Assembly: GCA_030684815.1 (NCBI GenBank)
Contig: JAUXXQ010000196.1
Location: 13,930 to 77,929, forward strand
Direction: 5' to 3'
Length of the DNA stretch: 64,000 bases
Origin: Methylobacter sp.
GTDB taxonomy: Bacteria > Pseudomonadota > Gammaproteobacteria > Methylococcales > Methylomonadaceae
Shown here: positions 27,205-36,877 of the stretch, one piece after another
How the letters are laid out: each line of letters opens with the position of its first letter
Position numbering within the stretch: the first letter of the stretch is position 1
Translations under genes and position numbers: made by a program
The notes under the pieces: generated by a model
The model's database searches: none
What the model was told of the DNA's origin: nothing
The model's input: the letters and a program-made list of their open reading frames with translations, nothing else

Positions 27205-28790
27205 TATTGACCTCCATCCATTAATTGCTGACCGTATTCGCCATCAAGGCCGCCTTTGTTAGCAACCGCATTGACATCATCTTTTAGCCAGCGGTTTCTG
27301 ACTTTTCTTGATTCGGTTCTGCCCAAGACATAAAAATCGACATCATCCGGCGGCACAAAGCTATCGGTGGGCATTTGCGCATTCTGTGCCAGCACCGGTT
27401 TGGCCAGCCTCGGGGTGACAAAAATCACCAGTTCCGTTTGCTGGTTCAAGAATTTCGAACTGCGGAATAACGCGCCCAGACCCGGTATATCGCCCAGCCC
27501 CGGAAACTTGTTCACATTCTCGCGCAGTTTGTCGCTGATTAACCCGGCAATGCTCATGGTTTGGCCGTCCGCCAGCTCCAGCGTACTGCTGGCTTCGCGC
27601 TTGGTTAATGAGGGTATGGCAAACTGGGTGTTGGTGTTGCCTGCCTGGGCAATAATCGCCGCATCTTCCGACAGTTCGCTGACACTGACATTCATGTTTA
27701 AATTAATGCGCCCGGAATCGAGCACTACCGGGACAAACTTTAAGCCGATGCCGAATTCTTTAAATTGAATGGTAATGGTGCCACCGCCAACCGAACCGCC
27801 TTGCGGTACCGGAATCGGGAATTCGCCGCCTGAAATAAAAGTCGCCGCCTGCCCTGATAACGTGGTTAGCGTCGGTTGCGCCAGGATTTTCGCCAACTGC
27901 TGGTCATTGGCGGCATCAATGGTCAGGTTAAACAAAAATTCACCGCTGATCGCCTGTAAAAAAACAGCAGCAGCGTTAAAACTGTGCGGGCTGAGTAAAC
28001 CGCCGATACCCAATGGATTGGCGCTGCCGCCCCCGCTAACCGTGCCTATCGAAAAGGCATCGGACACTTGCAGGGCGCTGAATTTAATGTTCAGCCCTTT
28101 GATCAGCTTCCGGTCTATCTCGGCTATTTTTACATCCAGCATCACCTGCTGGGCGCCGCCGACATTCATTAGATTGATCACTCTGGGCGCATTACCTTGA
28201 CTTGAACCACTACCCAAAGCTGAACTACCTGTTGCACCGGAACTTTGTCCGCTAACTTGGCTACCTGCACCGCCCATGCCGCCGCGTTGCAGCGGCAAAT
28301 AGCTTTGCGCCAAATCAAGTGCCGCCTGCATGGCTGCCGACGTGCTCACTTCGCCACTTAACACAATATTCCGTTGCGATGAGCGGGCGGCTATTTTTTC
28401 ATGCGGCAGCAACTGATATAACTGGGCTTTCAGTGAATCCAGATCATGCGTCACCTCAATATCCAGGGCTTGCATGATCTTGCCTTTATCGCTCCACAAA
28501 TACAAATTCGTGGTGCCCAGCGATTTGCCACGGATTAACAACTGATTCGGCGGCATAAAACTGGCTTCGGCGGCTTCCTCATCAATAGCAAAATCGGCAA
28601 CAACCGGATTGCCTTGCGATATTTCCACTATATTTTTATCCAGCGTAATCAGCCGCGATTTATTTAACGAAACCTGCACCTTGTCGGAGCGAATGCCCGC
28701 GCTGGTGATCGCGGCAAGGGCGTGATGACCGGCAAATAATGCGGCGATTGCAAAAATGCAGGATAACTTTTTCTTAGTATTATTAGTCAT
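27204..28790 (-). CDS. cpaC: Tad secretin CpaC/RcpA
   Basis: QVMLDVKIAE, LTTLSGQAATFISGGEFPIP, FKEFGIGL and TELVIFVTPRL. Confidence 0.93.
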   Translation of the reverse strand: MTNNTKKKLSCIFAIAALFAGHHALAAITSAGIRSDKVQVSLNKSRLITLDKNIVEISQGNPVVADFAIDEEAAEASFMPPNQLLIRGKSLGTTNLYLWSDKGKIMQALDIEVTHDLDSLKAQLYQLLPHEKIAARSSQRNIVLSGEVSTSAAMQAALDLAQSYLPLQRGGMGGAGSQVSGQSSGATGSSALGSGSSQGNAPRVINLMNVGGAQQVMLDVKIAEIDRKLIKGLNIKFSALQVSDAFSIGTVSGGGSANPLGIGGLLSPHSFNAAAVFLQAISGEFLFNLTIDAANDQQLAKILAQPTLTTLSGQAATFISGGEFPIPVPQGGSVGGGTITIQFKEFGIGLKFVPVVLDSGRINLNMNVSVSELSEDAAIIAQAGNTNTQFAIPSLTKREASSTLELADGQTMSIAGLISDKLRENVNKFPGLGDIPGLGALFRSSKFLNQQTELVIFVTPRLAKPVLAQNAQMPTDSFVPPDDVDFYVLGRTESRKVRNRWLKDDVNAVANKGGLDGEYGQQLMDGGQ

Positions 28791-28810
28791 GGCTGGCTTC
28801 CGGTGTTGAT

Positions 28811-28936
28811 AGATAGGTAAGCATATTTCTTTTAACCTTTACGCCGGAGTCCAATAGCTTTAGCTATTGGCGGTAAAAACAGCTAAAGCTGTTTGACTCC
28901 TGCAACGTTGTTAAAAAAACTTTTGAATAACTACTT
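28811..28936 (+). mobile_element. Family A MITE-like repeat, copy 2 (diverged)
   Basis: ggagtccaatagctttagctattggcggtaaaaacagctaaagctgttt...ttttgaataactactt, between cpaB and cpaC. Confidence 0.8.
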
Positions 28937-28993
28937 AATGTTGTATTTAATTCGGCTGCCAAGTTAATGAGCAACCGCTAATTCCCGCGCGTC

Positions 28994-29752
28994 TTATTGC
29001 CATGGAATGATTTTTAGCGAGCGTTTTTTAGGCTGTCTTTTGACCATCGGCTTTGGCTTTGGCGGCTGCGGCGGCGCTGCCGCCACTTCAAGCGGCGCGC
29101 TATCCACCGTGTCATCGAGCGGATTTCTTAAACTCAGCTGTATCGTGCCTTCCTGCATGGCCTGAACCATGATCTCAGCCTGTTCCGGCTTTAATTCCAG
29201 CGTGACCGCCCGGACAATCGCAGGCTTTTCTTTTTCCTGCGATGCTTCTTGGTCTACCGCCAATACCTTGATGTTCTGCAGCAGCGTTCGGGTATTGGCC
29301 TCATTGGCGCTGCGGTCTTTTTTCGTTGCCAGAATATCGACCTTGTTGCCGGGTAAAATAAACCCCGACACCCCGACCACATCATCGACGCGCACCGAAA
29401 CGGCGCGATAGTCCTTGGCAATCAGCGCCGACAGCGTGCTGCCGCCCAAATACTCGGAAATTCTTTTTTCGGTAATGATTTCATCAGGATAAAACTTGTT
29501 CATCGTAACCTTGTTGACCACTTGCGCTTTTGAGGAATAAGCCCCTTTCGGCGTTGTATTGCCCGGCCAGGCCATGACTTTCACCTGCGATTCCTCCAGC
29601 TTGACGCCAAAGGGTATTTCAACCGCCGCCACCACCACCGACATTGCCTGATCGGGCACTGTCTTGCCCAGCACCCAACGGTTGGCCATCCAGGCCGCAG
29701 AAAATGCCAGCATCAAGGCAATACTCAGCATGATAATAAAACGCTTGTTCAT
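28994..29752 (-). CDS. cpaB: Flp pilus assembly protein CpaB/RcpC
   Basis: SAF domain; YRAVSVRVDDVVGVSGFILPGNKVDI and LLQNIKVLAVDQ. Confidence 0.93.
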   Translation of the reverse strand: MNKRFIIMLSIALMLAFSAAWMANRWVLGKTVPDQAMSVVVAAVEIPFGVKLEESQVKVMAWPGNTTPKGAYSSKAQVVNKVTMNKFYPDEIITEKRISEYLGGSTLSALIAKDYRAVSVRVDDVVGVSGFILPGNKVDILATKKDRSANEANTRTLLQNIKVLAVDQEASQEKEKPAIVRAVTLELKPEQAEIMVQAMQEGTIQLSLRNPLDDTVDSAPLEVAAAPPQPPKPKPMVKRQPKKRSLKIIPWQ

Positions 29753-29765
29753 CTCTCCCCCTTTC

Positions 29766-31034
29766 CTATATATCGATAAAATAGGTGCTCCACGCCAGCC
29801 TGATATGAGCCTGGCTCAGATACCCCTTATTATTTTGGAACGCCGACATATCCAGCCCTATGCCGATTAAATCCCGGGGCTGGCACGGCAAAAAGGGCCG
29901 CCGGGTCTGTTGGTACAACTCGAAAAGGCATTCCAGTACACCGTCTTCCGTGGTGACCCCGCGCTCCTTGCAAACGTCATCCCAGATTCGGCTAAATTGT
30001 TGCTTAGTAATTTCGGTAAAGTATATTTTGTAGCCCAGGCGCCGTAGAAACGCCTCATCAGCCAATTCCAGCGGATGCAAATTGGTTGAAAACACCAGCA
30101 CGGTATCGAACGGCACCGGAAAATGTTGGCCGGTACCGACGGTGAGATAATCCTGATGCTCTTCCATCGGCACAATCCAGCGGTTTAGCAATTCAACCGG
30201 CGGCATCCGCTGCCGTCCCATATCGTCAACGATATAAATGCCGTTATTGGCCTTTAACTGGATCGGCGCCTGATTGAGCCGGGTGACCGGGTCATAGCGC
30301 AATTCGAGCCTGTCCATGGTCAATTCTCCGCCGCTAATTGCCACCGGGCGCTCGCATAAAACCAGGCGCTGATCGGTGCGCGTGTCAAAGTGATAGCCTG
30401 CTTTCTCGCTGACCTGATAAACCGGTTTATGAATCAACGGATCGAAAAACTGTATCACCTCGCGACCCACCGCAATTGAGTAGGGCAAATAAACCGGCCC
30501 GCCCAGACAGCGCGCCAAATGCTTGCAGATAAAGGTCTTGCCGGTACCGGCCGCGCCATAGACCATGATTGCGCGGCCGGAATGCAAAGCCGGGCCCAGT
30601 TGGTCGTACAGATGGTCTTCAATGACCACATCGGCAAAAGTCTCTACCAATTGCTCTCTACTGACCGTGCAATCAAACACCGATTGCGCTTCAACCAATT
30701 GCCGGTAATGATCGATAGTAATCGGTGCGCGGCCAATATAACCGCTGCGTAAATAAGCGTTTTTCGCTTCGGCCTGGCCCAGGCCGGTTAACTGATAGCG
30801 GAGACCTGCGCTATTGTCGTTGGCGCCAAGCACCTCAATCCGGGCGTCCTTGCGCAAGGTCAGCAGCATTTCTTCCATGATCTTGCCGGTTAAAGCCATG
30901 CGCTCGGCTAATTGCTGCAAATCGAGCACACCGCCGTCATAAAAATGCTTCAGCGTTAAATCGAGCAGCAGTTCCGCATCGAGGGCGCTTTCATTTAACG
31001 TGCGCGGTTGTTTAATCAGCTCTGTTAAAGGCAT
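29766..31034 (-). CDS. AAA+ ATPase associated with the tad locus (not CpaF/TadA type)
   Basis: GAAGTGKT Walker A, IYIVDDMGRQ Walker B, STNL..L.DEAFLRRL; probable start MPLTE at 31034. Confidence 0.8.
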   Translation of the reverse strand: MPLTELIKQPRTLNESALDAELLLDLTLKHFYDGGVLDLQQLAERMALTGKIMEEMLLTLRKDARIEVLGANDNSAGLRYQLTGLGQAEAKNAYLRSGYIGRAPITIDHYRQLVEAQSVFDCTVSREQLVETFADVVIEDHLYDQLGPALHSGRAIMVYGAAGTGKTFICKHLARCLGGPVYLPYSIAVGREVIQFFDPLIHKPVYQVSEKAGYHFDTRTDQRLVLCERPVAISGGELTMDRLELRYDPVTRLNQAPIQLKANNGIYIVDDMGRQRMPPVELLNRWIVPMEEHQDYLTVGTGQHFPVPFDTVLVFSTNLHPLELADEAFLRRLGYKIYFTEITKQQFSRIWDDVCKERGVTTEDGVLECLFELYQQTRRPFLPCQPRDLIGIGLDMSAFQNNKGYLSQAHIRLAWSTYFIDI

Positions 31035-31570
31035 GGATTCACCCCCAATGCGGTATTGCAAAGCGTCGGATAGAGAACATAACAGGTTGCCAAAGCGATC
31101 GCCGGAGCCAGCGGTATACGTTGCCCCGCCGCTTCCGAACTGTCCGGTTTTTGGTAGGCGAAGACCCCGGAAAACAAACCGTACAACATCAGTTGGTAGC
31201 GCCGTAACAGCTTCATGAGATCGCCTTTAATGACGATAAATAACACCGCCAAAACCAACAGCAGCAGATAACTGTAAACAACCACATCGACTATTGGCAT
31301 AGCGCCGACCACACTGCCGATAGCCGCCATCAACTTGACATCGCCCGCGCCCATACTGCCGAACAGATAACCGGGCAGCATCAGCGAAAAACCTACCGCA
31401 AGCCCTGCGCCGCTATCAGTCAAACTCAGTCCATTGATGGCAAAACCGTTCCCGATTAATCCCGATACCATCAAAGCTAATGAAAGCCAGTTGGGTATCT
31501 TTTTTATACGGACATCGTAAAGGGAGGCCAGCAATAAACAGAGAATTAATAAGGCATGAAGTATTGGCAT
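31025..31570 (-). CDS. cpaA: A24 prepilin peptidase CpaA/TadV
   Basis: YDVRIKKIPNW, MGAGDVKL and IPLAPAI. Confidence 0.92.
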   Translation of the reverse strand: MPILHALLILCLLLASLYDVRIKKIPNWLSLALMVSGLIGNGFAINGLSLTDSGAGLAVGFSLMLPGYLFGSMGAGDVKLMAAIGSVVGAMPIVDVVVYSYLLLLVLAVLFIVIKGDLMKLLRRYQLMLYGLFSGVFAYQKPDSSEAAGQRIPLAPAIALATCYVLYPTLCNTALGVNPCL

Positions 31571-31679
31571 AGTATATATTTTAATTATAGTATTTGTAGT
31601 GTTATTTTATTATCTGAAAAAAAATAAGTATTTCCATTTATTATAAGAACCCTATCAGTTTAAGGAGGTTATAATAAAG

Positions 31680-31712
31680 GCCTTCTCTTTTAATAAAATC
31701 AAAAGAGAAGGC
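31680..31712 (-). terminator. Stem-loop after flp
   Basis: gccttctctttt/aaaagagaaggc inverted repeat 20 bp downstream of the flp stop. Confidence 0.7.
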
Positions 31713-31731
31713 TAACCTTTATTACCTATTA

Positions 31732-31932
31732 TCAGCCACCAGCAGGGGCTGCAACATCTGACATAAAGCCTGTTATATTGCCTATAGTAGTATTTACGGC
31801 GCCACCTAATGTAGTCCAATAAGCAACAGATATAATACCGGACAATACTGCAGCAATCATCACCCATTCCACCGTTTCAGCCCCTTGTTCATCAGCTAAA
31901 AATACTTTTATTTTATTGATTATGTTATTCAT
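31732..31932 (-). CDS. flp: Flp/Fap pilin
   Basis: 66 aa; FLADEQG|AETVEW followed by a hydrophobic helix; AGGA-type RBS; first gene of the tad run. Confidence 0.88.
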   Translation of the reverse strand: MNNIINKIKVFLADEQGAETVEWVMIAAVLSGIISVAYWTTLGGAVNTTIGNITGFMSDVAAPAGG

Positions 31933-32220
31933 GATGTATTCCTCAATGCAAAATTAAAAAAATTTTGACAGGGTTGGTTTCCAATCAAAAAACACTTTAT
32001 TAAAGATCCCTCTTTTAAAAATACTCCGATATGTTATTAAAGTTCCTTTTTATAAAACTCCATACTGCACAACAACAATTAATGGCATTTTATTAATTGT
32101 TTTATGACATCTTCGGCTTCAATAAATACCGATCAAATAAAGAAGTTGTCATTATTCTAGGAAGAAAGGCGATAAAAAAATATTAGTATGAACACCTACA
32201 ACTTAGGTAAGCGGCAAAAG

Positions 32221-32348
32221 CCGGGACAGTTTTAAGCGAGTAGCTGGGAACGCCAAGCCCCAGCTTGGCGAGTACCCTCAATTATCGATATTGTCGAGCT
32301 GAGGCTCGGCGTTCCCGGTTCTTTATCGGTTGTCCCGTCTTAAGTGGG
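32221..32348. repeat. Nested palindromic repeats upstream of flp
   Basis: Outer CGGGACA/TGTCCCG enclosing GGGAACGCCAAGCCCCAGCT/AGCTGAGGCTCGGCGTTCCC. Confidence 0.7.
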
Positions 32349-32494
32349 TAGCCGGTTTTGTCATTCACGGCGCGCCTTACCTGAACAGCAAAAAAAATCA
32401 CCGGTTAAGGTGATTTGAGAAAAAAAGCGCTTTAGGCGGCATGAAGTTTTATTCTTCGTGATCTTCGCGTGCTTCGTGGTGACAATCTTTTTAC

Positions 32495-32554
32495 CAAAAA
32501 AGTCCGTAAAAACCCTTCCTTCAGGTGGGGGGATGTAAGGATGCTCTTGATTTA
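32495..32554 (+). mobile_element. Solo left-end fragment of the IS608-like element
   Basis: TTAC|caaaaaagtccgtaaa...ccttccttcaggtggggggatgtaaggatgctcttgattta, near-identical to 22515-22573; no right end follows. Confidence 0.8.
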
Positions 32555-32576
32555 CCTGTTATGAGTGGGAAGTCAC

Positions 32577-32637
32577 CCACGCTTAGCATAAAAGCCACAA
32601 ATCTTTCGTGTTTTTTTGCTAAACGTGGACAATTTTT
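32577..32637. repeat. CCACG...CGTGG palindromic repeat family
   Basis: Related copies at 33654-33727, 46150-46180, 46378-46400, 46688-46716, 48040-48087 and 52568-52625. Confidence 0.75.
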
Positions 32638-32661
32638 GCAATGCCTTTTTCAGGCAATCAC

Positions 32662-33552
32662 CTAATCAAGCACCAAGTTTTGCAGATAATCCCGGAACCC
32701 CTCCTTTAACTCCTCATGTGCCAAGCCGTATTCAACGGTTGCCTGCAAATAACCGAGCTTAGACCCGCAATCATAACGTTTGCCTTCAAACTCATAGGCC
32801 AACACCTGCTCATCACCCATCAAGGCGGCGATAGCATCGGTCAGTTGGATCTCACCGCCGGCACCGCGTGCTGTTGTTTCGATCTTTTCAAAAATGGCCG
32901 GCGTTAAAATATAGCGCCCGACGACGCCAAGATTTGACGGTGCGCACTCAGGCGTAGGTTTTTCAATAATCAGCTCGACTTGGCCGATCGAAGGCGATAG
33001 TTCTTTGGTTTTAACAATACCGTATTTGTCGGTCTCCTGCGGGCTGACCCGTTCTACACCTAATATACTGCATTGATTTTTATCGTATTGTCCGACCATT
33101 TGCGTCAAGCAGCCAGCGCCAGTCCTATTCGCAATCAAATCATCGGCCAAGATAACGGCAAACGGCTCATCACCAACCACCGATTTGGCGCAAAGCACCG
33201 CATGACCCAAGCCCAATGCCTCCGGCTGACGAATAAACACAAATGACACATGCGGCGGCATCATTTCCCGCACCATTTTTAAGATGCCGGTCTTGCCACG
33301 CATGGTCAGCTCGTTTTCCAATTCATAAGCCTTGTCAAAATGATCCATGATGACGTTTTTGGTTCGGCCTGTGACAAATATGATGGTGTCGACGCCTGCA
33401 GCGACCGCCTCTTCAACGCAATACTGGATCAAAGGCTTGTCCACAACCGGCAACATTTCTTTTGGGCTGGCTTTGGTGGCCGGTAAAAACCGGGTGCCCA
33501 AACCCGCAACCGGAAAAACTGCTTTTTTTATTTTTTTGTTCATTTGGGGCAT
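32662..33552 (-). CDS. galU: UTP-glucose-1-phosphate uridylyltransferase
   Basis: KAVFPVAGLGTRFLPATKASPKEMLP, LGLGHAVLCA and GEIQLTDAI. Confidence 0.96.
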   Translation of the reverse strand: MPQMNKKIKKAVFPVAGLGTRFLPATKASPKEMLPVVDKPLIQYCVEEAVAAGVDTIIFVTGRTKNVIMDHFDKAYELENELTMRGKTGILKMVREMMPPHVSFVFIRQPEALGLGHAVLCAKSVVGDEPFAVILADDLIANRTGAGCLTQMVGQYDKNQCSILGVERVSPQETDKYGIVKTKELSPSIGQVELIIEKPTPECAPSNLGVVGRYILTPAIFEKIETTARGAGGEIQLTDAIAALMGDEQVLAYEFEGKRYDCGSKLGYLQATVEYGLAHEELKEGFRDYLQNLVLD

Positions 33553-33653
33553 TCTCGATAATACAGATAGTTAAAAATCAAATGCTGGATACAGCATTTG
33601 GCTAGCCTTGCCTTTGTATCAAAGGTGATTAATAGTTAAATTCAGGATTTTTT

Positions 33654-33727
33654 GTCCACGAAAAACACAAAAAGCACAAAAATTACAGTTACACAGTTTT
33701 TTCGTGGCTTTCGTGCTAAGCGTGGAC
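33654..33727. repeat. GTCCACG...CGTGGAC palindromic repeat
   Basis: gtccacgaaaaacac...gtggctttcgtgctaagcgtggac. Confidence 0.75.
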
Positions 33728-33763
33728 TCTGTTTTTTTGCAGGCTGATAACGCAGTTACATTT

Positions 33764-34540
33764 TTATTTTACGCTAAAAAAATCTTCAACCCGAGCCAAA
33801 AAGGCCGCCGGTTGCTGTACATGCAGCCAATGTCCGGCATCCGCGATAGCGCAAAACGCCGCCTTCGGAAACAGCGATTTTAAGTCATCCGGCTTAACAT
33901 AATCTGAAGCGCCGCCCGCGATAAACAAGGCTTGGCCGGTAAAAGCCGCAACCTGCCCGGTCGCGGGAAAAGCGGCAATATGAGGCGCCGCCCGGTGAAA
34001 AATAGCCAAATCAACACGCCAAACATATTTGCCATCCTGCAACACAAGGTTCTGCAACAAAAATTGGCGGTAACTCAACTCGGGAATGCCCGGTGCGAGT
34101 AAGGTTTCAGCCTGTTTGCGGTTGCTGATGTCGGCCAGCGGCAAGGCTTTTAACGCCAGCACGGTCGCATCGAAATTGTGCGGGTAACTGACCGGCGCAA
34201 TGTCCGCCACCACCAGCTTATCCAGCCTGTTCGGAACGGTCAGCGCCAGCCACATGGCTATTTTCCCACCCATGCTGTGCCCCAACAGGCTGGCCGTTGT
34301 CAAGCCGCGCTCATCCATAAAATGCAACACATCAGCCGCCATGGTCGGATAATCCATCAGCGGATGGTGCGGCGACGCGCCGTGGTTGCGCATGTCCGGC
34401 ACATAAATATGGAAGTGCCCGGCCAGTTTTTGCGCAATCTGCCGCCAGTTGCGCGACGAGGCAAAAAAGCCATGTAGGATAATCAGCGGACGATTATCTG
34501 TATTGCCGAATTCCTCAAACGCAAGCTCAACCGTTTCCAT
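33764..34540 (-). CDS. Alpha/beta hydrolase (YbfF-like esterase)
   Basis: LHGFF, DMRNHGAS, GHSMGG nucleophile elbow and AGHWLH; start METVE at 34540 overlaps the upstream stop. Confidence 0.9.
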   Translation of the reverse strand: METVELAFEEFGNTDNRPLIILHGFFASSRNWRQIAQKLAGHFHIYVPDMRNHGASPHHPLMDYPTMAADVLHFMDERGLTTASLLGHSMGGKIAMWLALTVPNRLDKLVVADIAPVSYPHNFDATVLALKALPLADISNRKQAETLLAPGIPELSYRQFLLQNLVLQDGKYVWRVDLAIFHRAAPHIAAFPATGQVAAFTGQALFIAGGASDYVKPDDLKSLFPKAAFCAIADAGHWLHVQQPAAFLARVEDFFSVK

Positions 34541-35262
34541 CAGGCAAAGACAAACAAGGCGCCCATCAGGCCGCCGAAAATGCCGCCCCAAACCACCAGC
34601 CAACCGAGATGCTCGCGAATGATAGTTTGCACCATTTCTTTGACCAGTTGCGGCGTCAATTCACTCAGGCGCTTGTCGATGACGGTTTCGATTTTATCGA
34701 CAATGTCGCCGCCGATTTTATGCGCATCCAAACCCTGTTTTAATGCGGCTTTAAAACGCTCTGACTCGACCATTTCGGTCAAGGTGATTTTCATTTTTTC
34801 GGTAAACGGCGCTTTTAACGGCAGCAACGCTTCCTCGCCGCCCATCATCGCCAACATGCCGCCGAAAGACGAACCCATAATCGACGACACCAAACCTTCA
34901 TAAACCTTGTCATAATCGACCGCAGCCAATAAAGGTTCCAAATTCAACACACCTTTGCCTTGTTGCTCCTCGGTTTCAATAAACTGTTCGATGTTTTTTG
35001 CAGTAAAAAACTGCTGCATCATCAAATGCTTAATCGACAGCTTGAATTCTTCAAAGCGTGCCGGTATCACCCCGGAGCCGTACAAAAACGGCACTTTCTC
35101 AAACAGCATGTAAATGGCCAGCCAATTGGTAATGGCTCCCGACAGGGCAAAAAAACCGATGGATTTAACCAAATTCTGTTGTACCGGGCAAAGATAGCCG
35201 GTAACAATGATGGCGACCGCGATAAAATTGGTAATAAAGCTTTTGTTGAATAGTTTTTTCAT
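34540..35262 (-). CDS. DUF445-like membrane protein
   Basis: GAITNWLAIYMLF...GVIP and HLGWLVVWGGIFGGLMG. Confidence 0.8.
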   Translation of the reverse strand: MKKLFNKSFITNFIAVAIIVTGYLCPVQQNLVKSIGFFALSGAITNWLAIYMLFEKVPFLYGSGVIPARFEEFKLSIKHLMMQQFFTAKNIEQFIETEEQQGKGVLNLEPLLAAVDYDKVYEGLVSSIMGSSFGGMLAMMGGEEALLPLKAPFTEKMKITLTEMVESERFKAALKQGLDAHKIGGDIVDKIETVIDKRLSELTPQLVKEMVQTIIREHLGWLVVWGGIFGGLMGALFVFA

Positions 35263-35303
35263 AGTGATTAATTCAATTGGAATAGGCGTTTAACAACATC
35301 TGG

Positions 35304-35528
35304 TCAACGCAATTTTTTGATGCTGACGAATTTATTTTCCGGCGTTAACTCCATTTCAAAATAACCGCTGATGCCGTCCCGGGTCAAGAAAGGCTGAATT
35401 CTGCCCGCCGGGAAAGCAATACGCCTGCCGTCGTCGGCAAGCACAGTGACATTTTTAGCAACGCCTTGATAGACTTTAAGATATTGGTCATAAGACAGGT
35501 TGAGCGAAAACCGGATATATTGGTGCAT
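35304..35528 (-). CDS. DUF2835-like small protein
   Basis: FSLNLSYDQYLKVYQG.AKNV...DGRRIAFPA. Confidence 0.75.
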   Translation of the reverse strand: MHQYIRFSLNLSYDQYLKVYQGVAKNVTVLADDGRRIAFPAGRIQPFLTRDGISGYFEMELTPENKFVSIKKLR

Positions 35529-35546
35529 AGTTATAACGAATTAAGG

Positions 35547-35783
35547 CTACTGCAAAAAATCTTTAACCAGGGCGGCATCAAAGGGCCAGCCCAGTTCACG
35601 CCCCGTTTCGGGGTCATATAAAACCGGGATGCGCAAGGCGTAAAGCTCCTGCCATTGGCTTTGTTCGGCAATATCCACCGCATCAACAACCCAATCAACA
35701 CCGTCCTGTAAACACTCATGCAGGATAATGTCCGCCTGCTCGCAAAGGTGGCATGCCGAGGTGCCAAAGAGTATTAATCGCAT
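35547..35783 (-). CDS. Glutaredoxin-like protein (DUF836 type)
   Basis: CHLC motif; RIPVL...ELGWPFD. Confidence 0.85.
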   Translation of the reverse strand: MRLILFGTSACHLCEQADIILHECLQDGVDWVVDAVDIAEQSQWQELYALRIPVLYDPETGRELGWPFDAALVKDFLQ

Positions 35784-35786
35784 GGG

Positions 35787-36293
35787 TTAGTGCTTGCTCA
35801 GTTTTTCAAGATAGCCCATTAACAGCGCCGACAGCACCATGGTCAAATGAATGATGACATACCATAGCAATTTGCCATTATCGGTGGCCTCAATGTTCAT
35901 AAACACTTTCAACAAATGGATGGAAGAAATGGCCACAATCGATGATGCCAGTTTCATCTTTAACGAACCGTAATCGTGTTTGCCTAGCCACTCGAGTTTT
36001 TGGGTCGCTTCGGCGATGTCCAATTGCGAAACGAAATTTTCATAACCGCTAAGCATCACAATCAAAATCAGGCTGCCCACCAAAATCAGATCAATCATCG
36101 ACAACACTTTTAAAATCAAGCTGGCTTCATCCATGTCCAGTATATGCGGCAAAAAATGGTAAAACTCCTGAAAGAATTTTAGCGCCAGCGCCAATAACGC
36201 CAAACTCAGCCCGAAATAAACCGGCGCCAATATCCAGCGGCAGGCATACATCACCCTTTCCATCGATTGCACGATTTTGTCTTGTGTCGTCAT
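35787..36293 (-). CDS. TIGR00645/UPF0114 (YqhA-like) membrane protein
   Basis: [21 protein letters not shown] and [14 protein letters not shown]. Confidence 0.85.
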   Translation of the reverse strand: MTTQDKIVQSMERVMYACRWILAPVYFGLSLALLALALKFFQEFYHFLPHILDMDEASLILKVLSMIDLILVGSLILIVMLSGYENFVSQLDIAEATQKLEWLGKHDYGSLKMKLASSIVAISSIHLLKVFMNIEATDNGKLLWYVIIHLTMVLSALLMGYLEKLSKH

Positions 36294-36696
36294 ATTTTTC
36301 TTTTGCTTTGAATTAAAGGGGACAGCAGCGGGTTAGTGGACAATTTCCCGCCCCGGCCAGCGCAGCAATTTTACCGAATATGGCCATTTTAAAAAGTATT
36401 TTTAATTTTTCGGCAACTACCCAGCGAAAAAAAAGAAATAGAACTCTGAGGGCACAGATAAAACGGGGTTATACGGCTTTTTAGAAAATACTGCGCTCAT
36501 TATCCGTTTGCTTCAGCGTCATCCGTGTTCCATACTTCCAATTAGTTACAGGTAACATAGAATCCACAGGGTTATTGAACGTATTTATTCACCACGAAGG
36601 ACATGAAGTTCCATTCTTCGTGCCCTTCGTGCCCTTCGTGGTGATAATATTTTTACCAGCCATTAATGGGAAGTTACGCCCAGGGCACTGCACGCC

Positions 36697-36729
36697 AAAC
36701 CTTCCATGTTTTCAAAACCTGGAAGGTCT
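36697..36729. repeat. REP-like ACCTTCCA.GTTTT.AAAACCTGGAAGGT palindrome
   Basis: Same family as 21094-21126 and 60746-60778. Confidence 0.75.
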
Positions 36730-36877
36730 GCCTAACCGCCTGTTTCTCGCCCAGCCTAGGCAAAGAATTATCAGGGTGACTGCCCGCAGACAGTTGTGTA
36801 TAACGATGCGAATACATCGTTATCAAATTTAACGATTCCCTCTAAAAGGGGAGTTTTCTAACCAACAAGGAAATACG

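Noticed and set aside
31933-32660. c-di-GMP riboswitch or sRNA upstream of flp
   Set aside because: No GEMM-type motif was recognised by eye; the structure present is explained by repeat families. An Infernal/Rfam scan would settle it.
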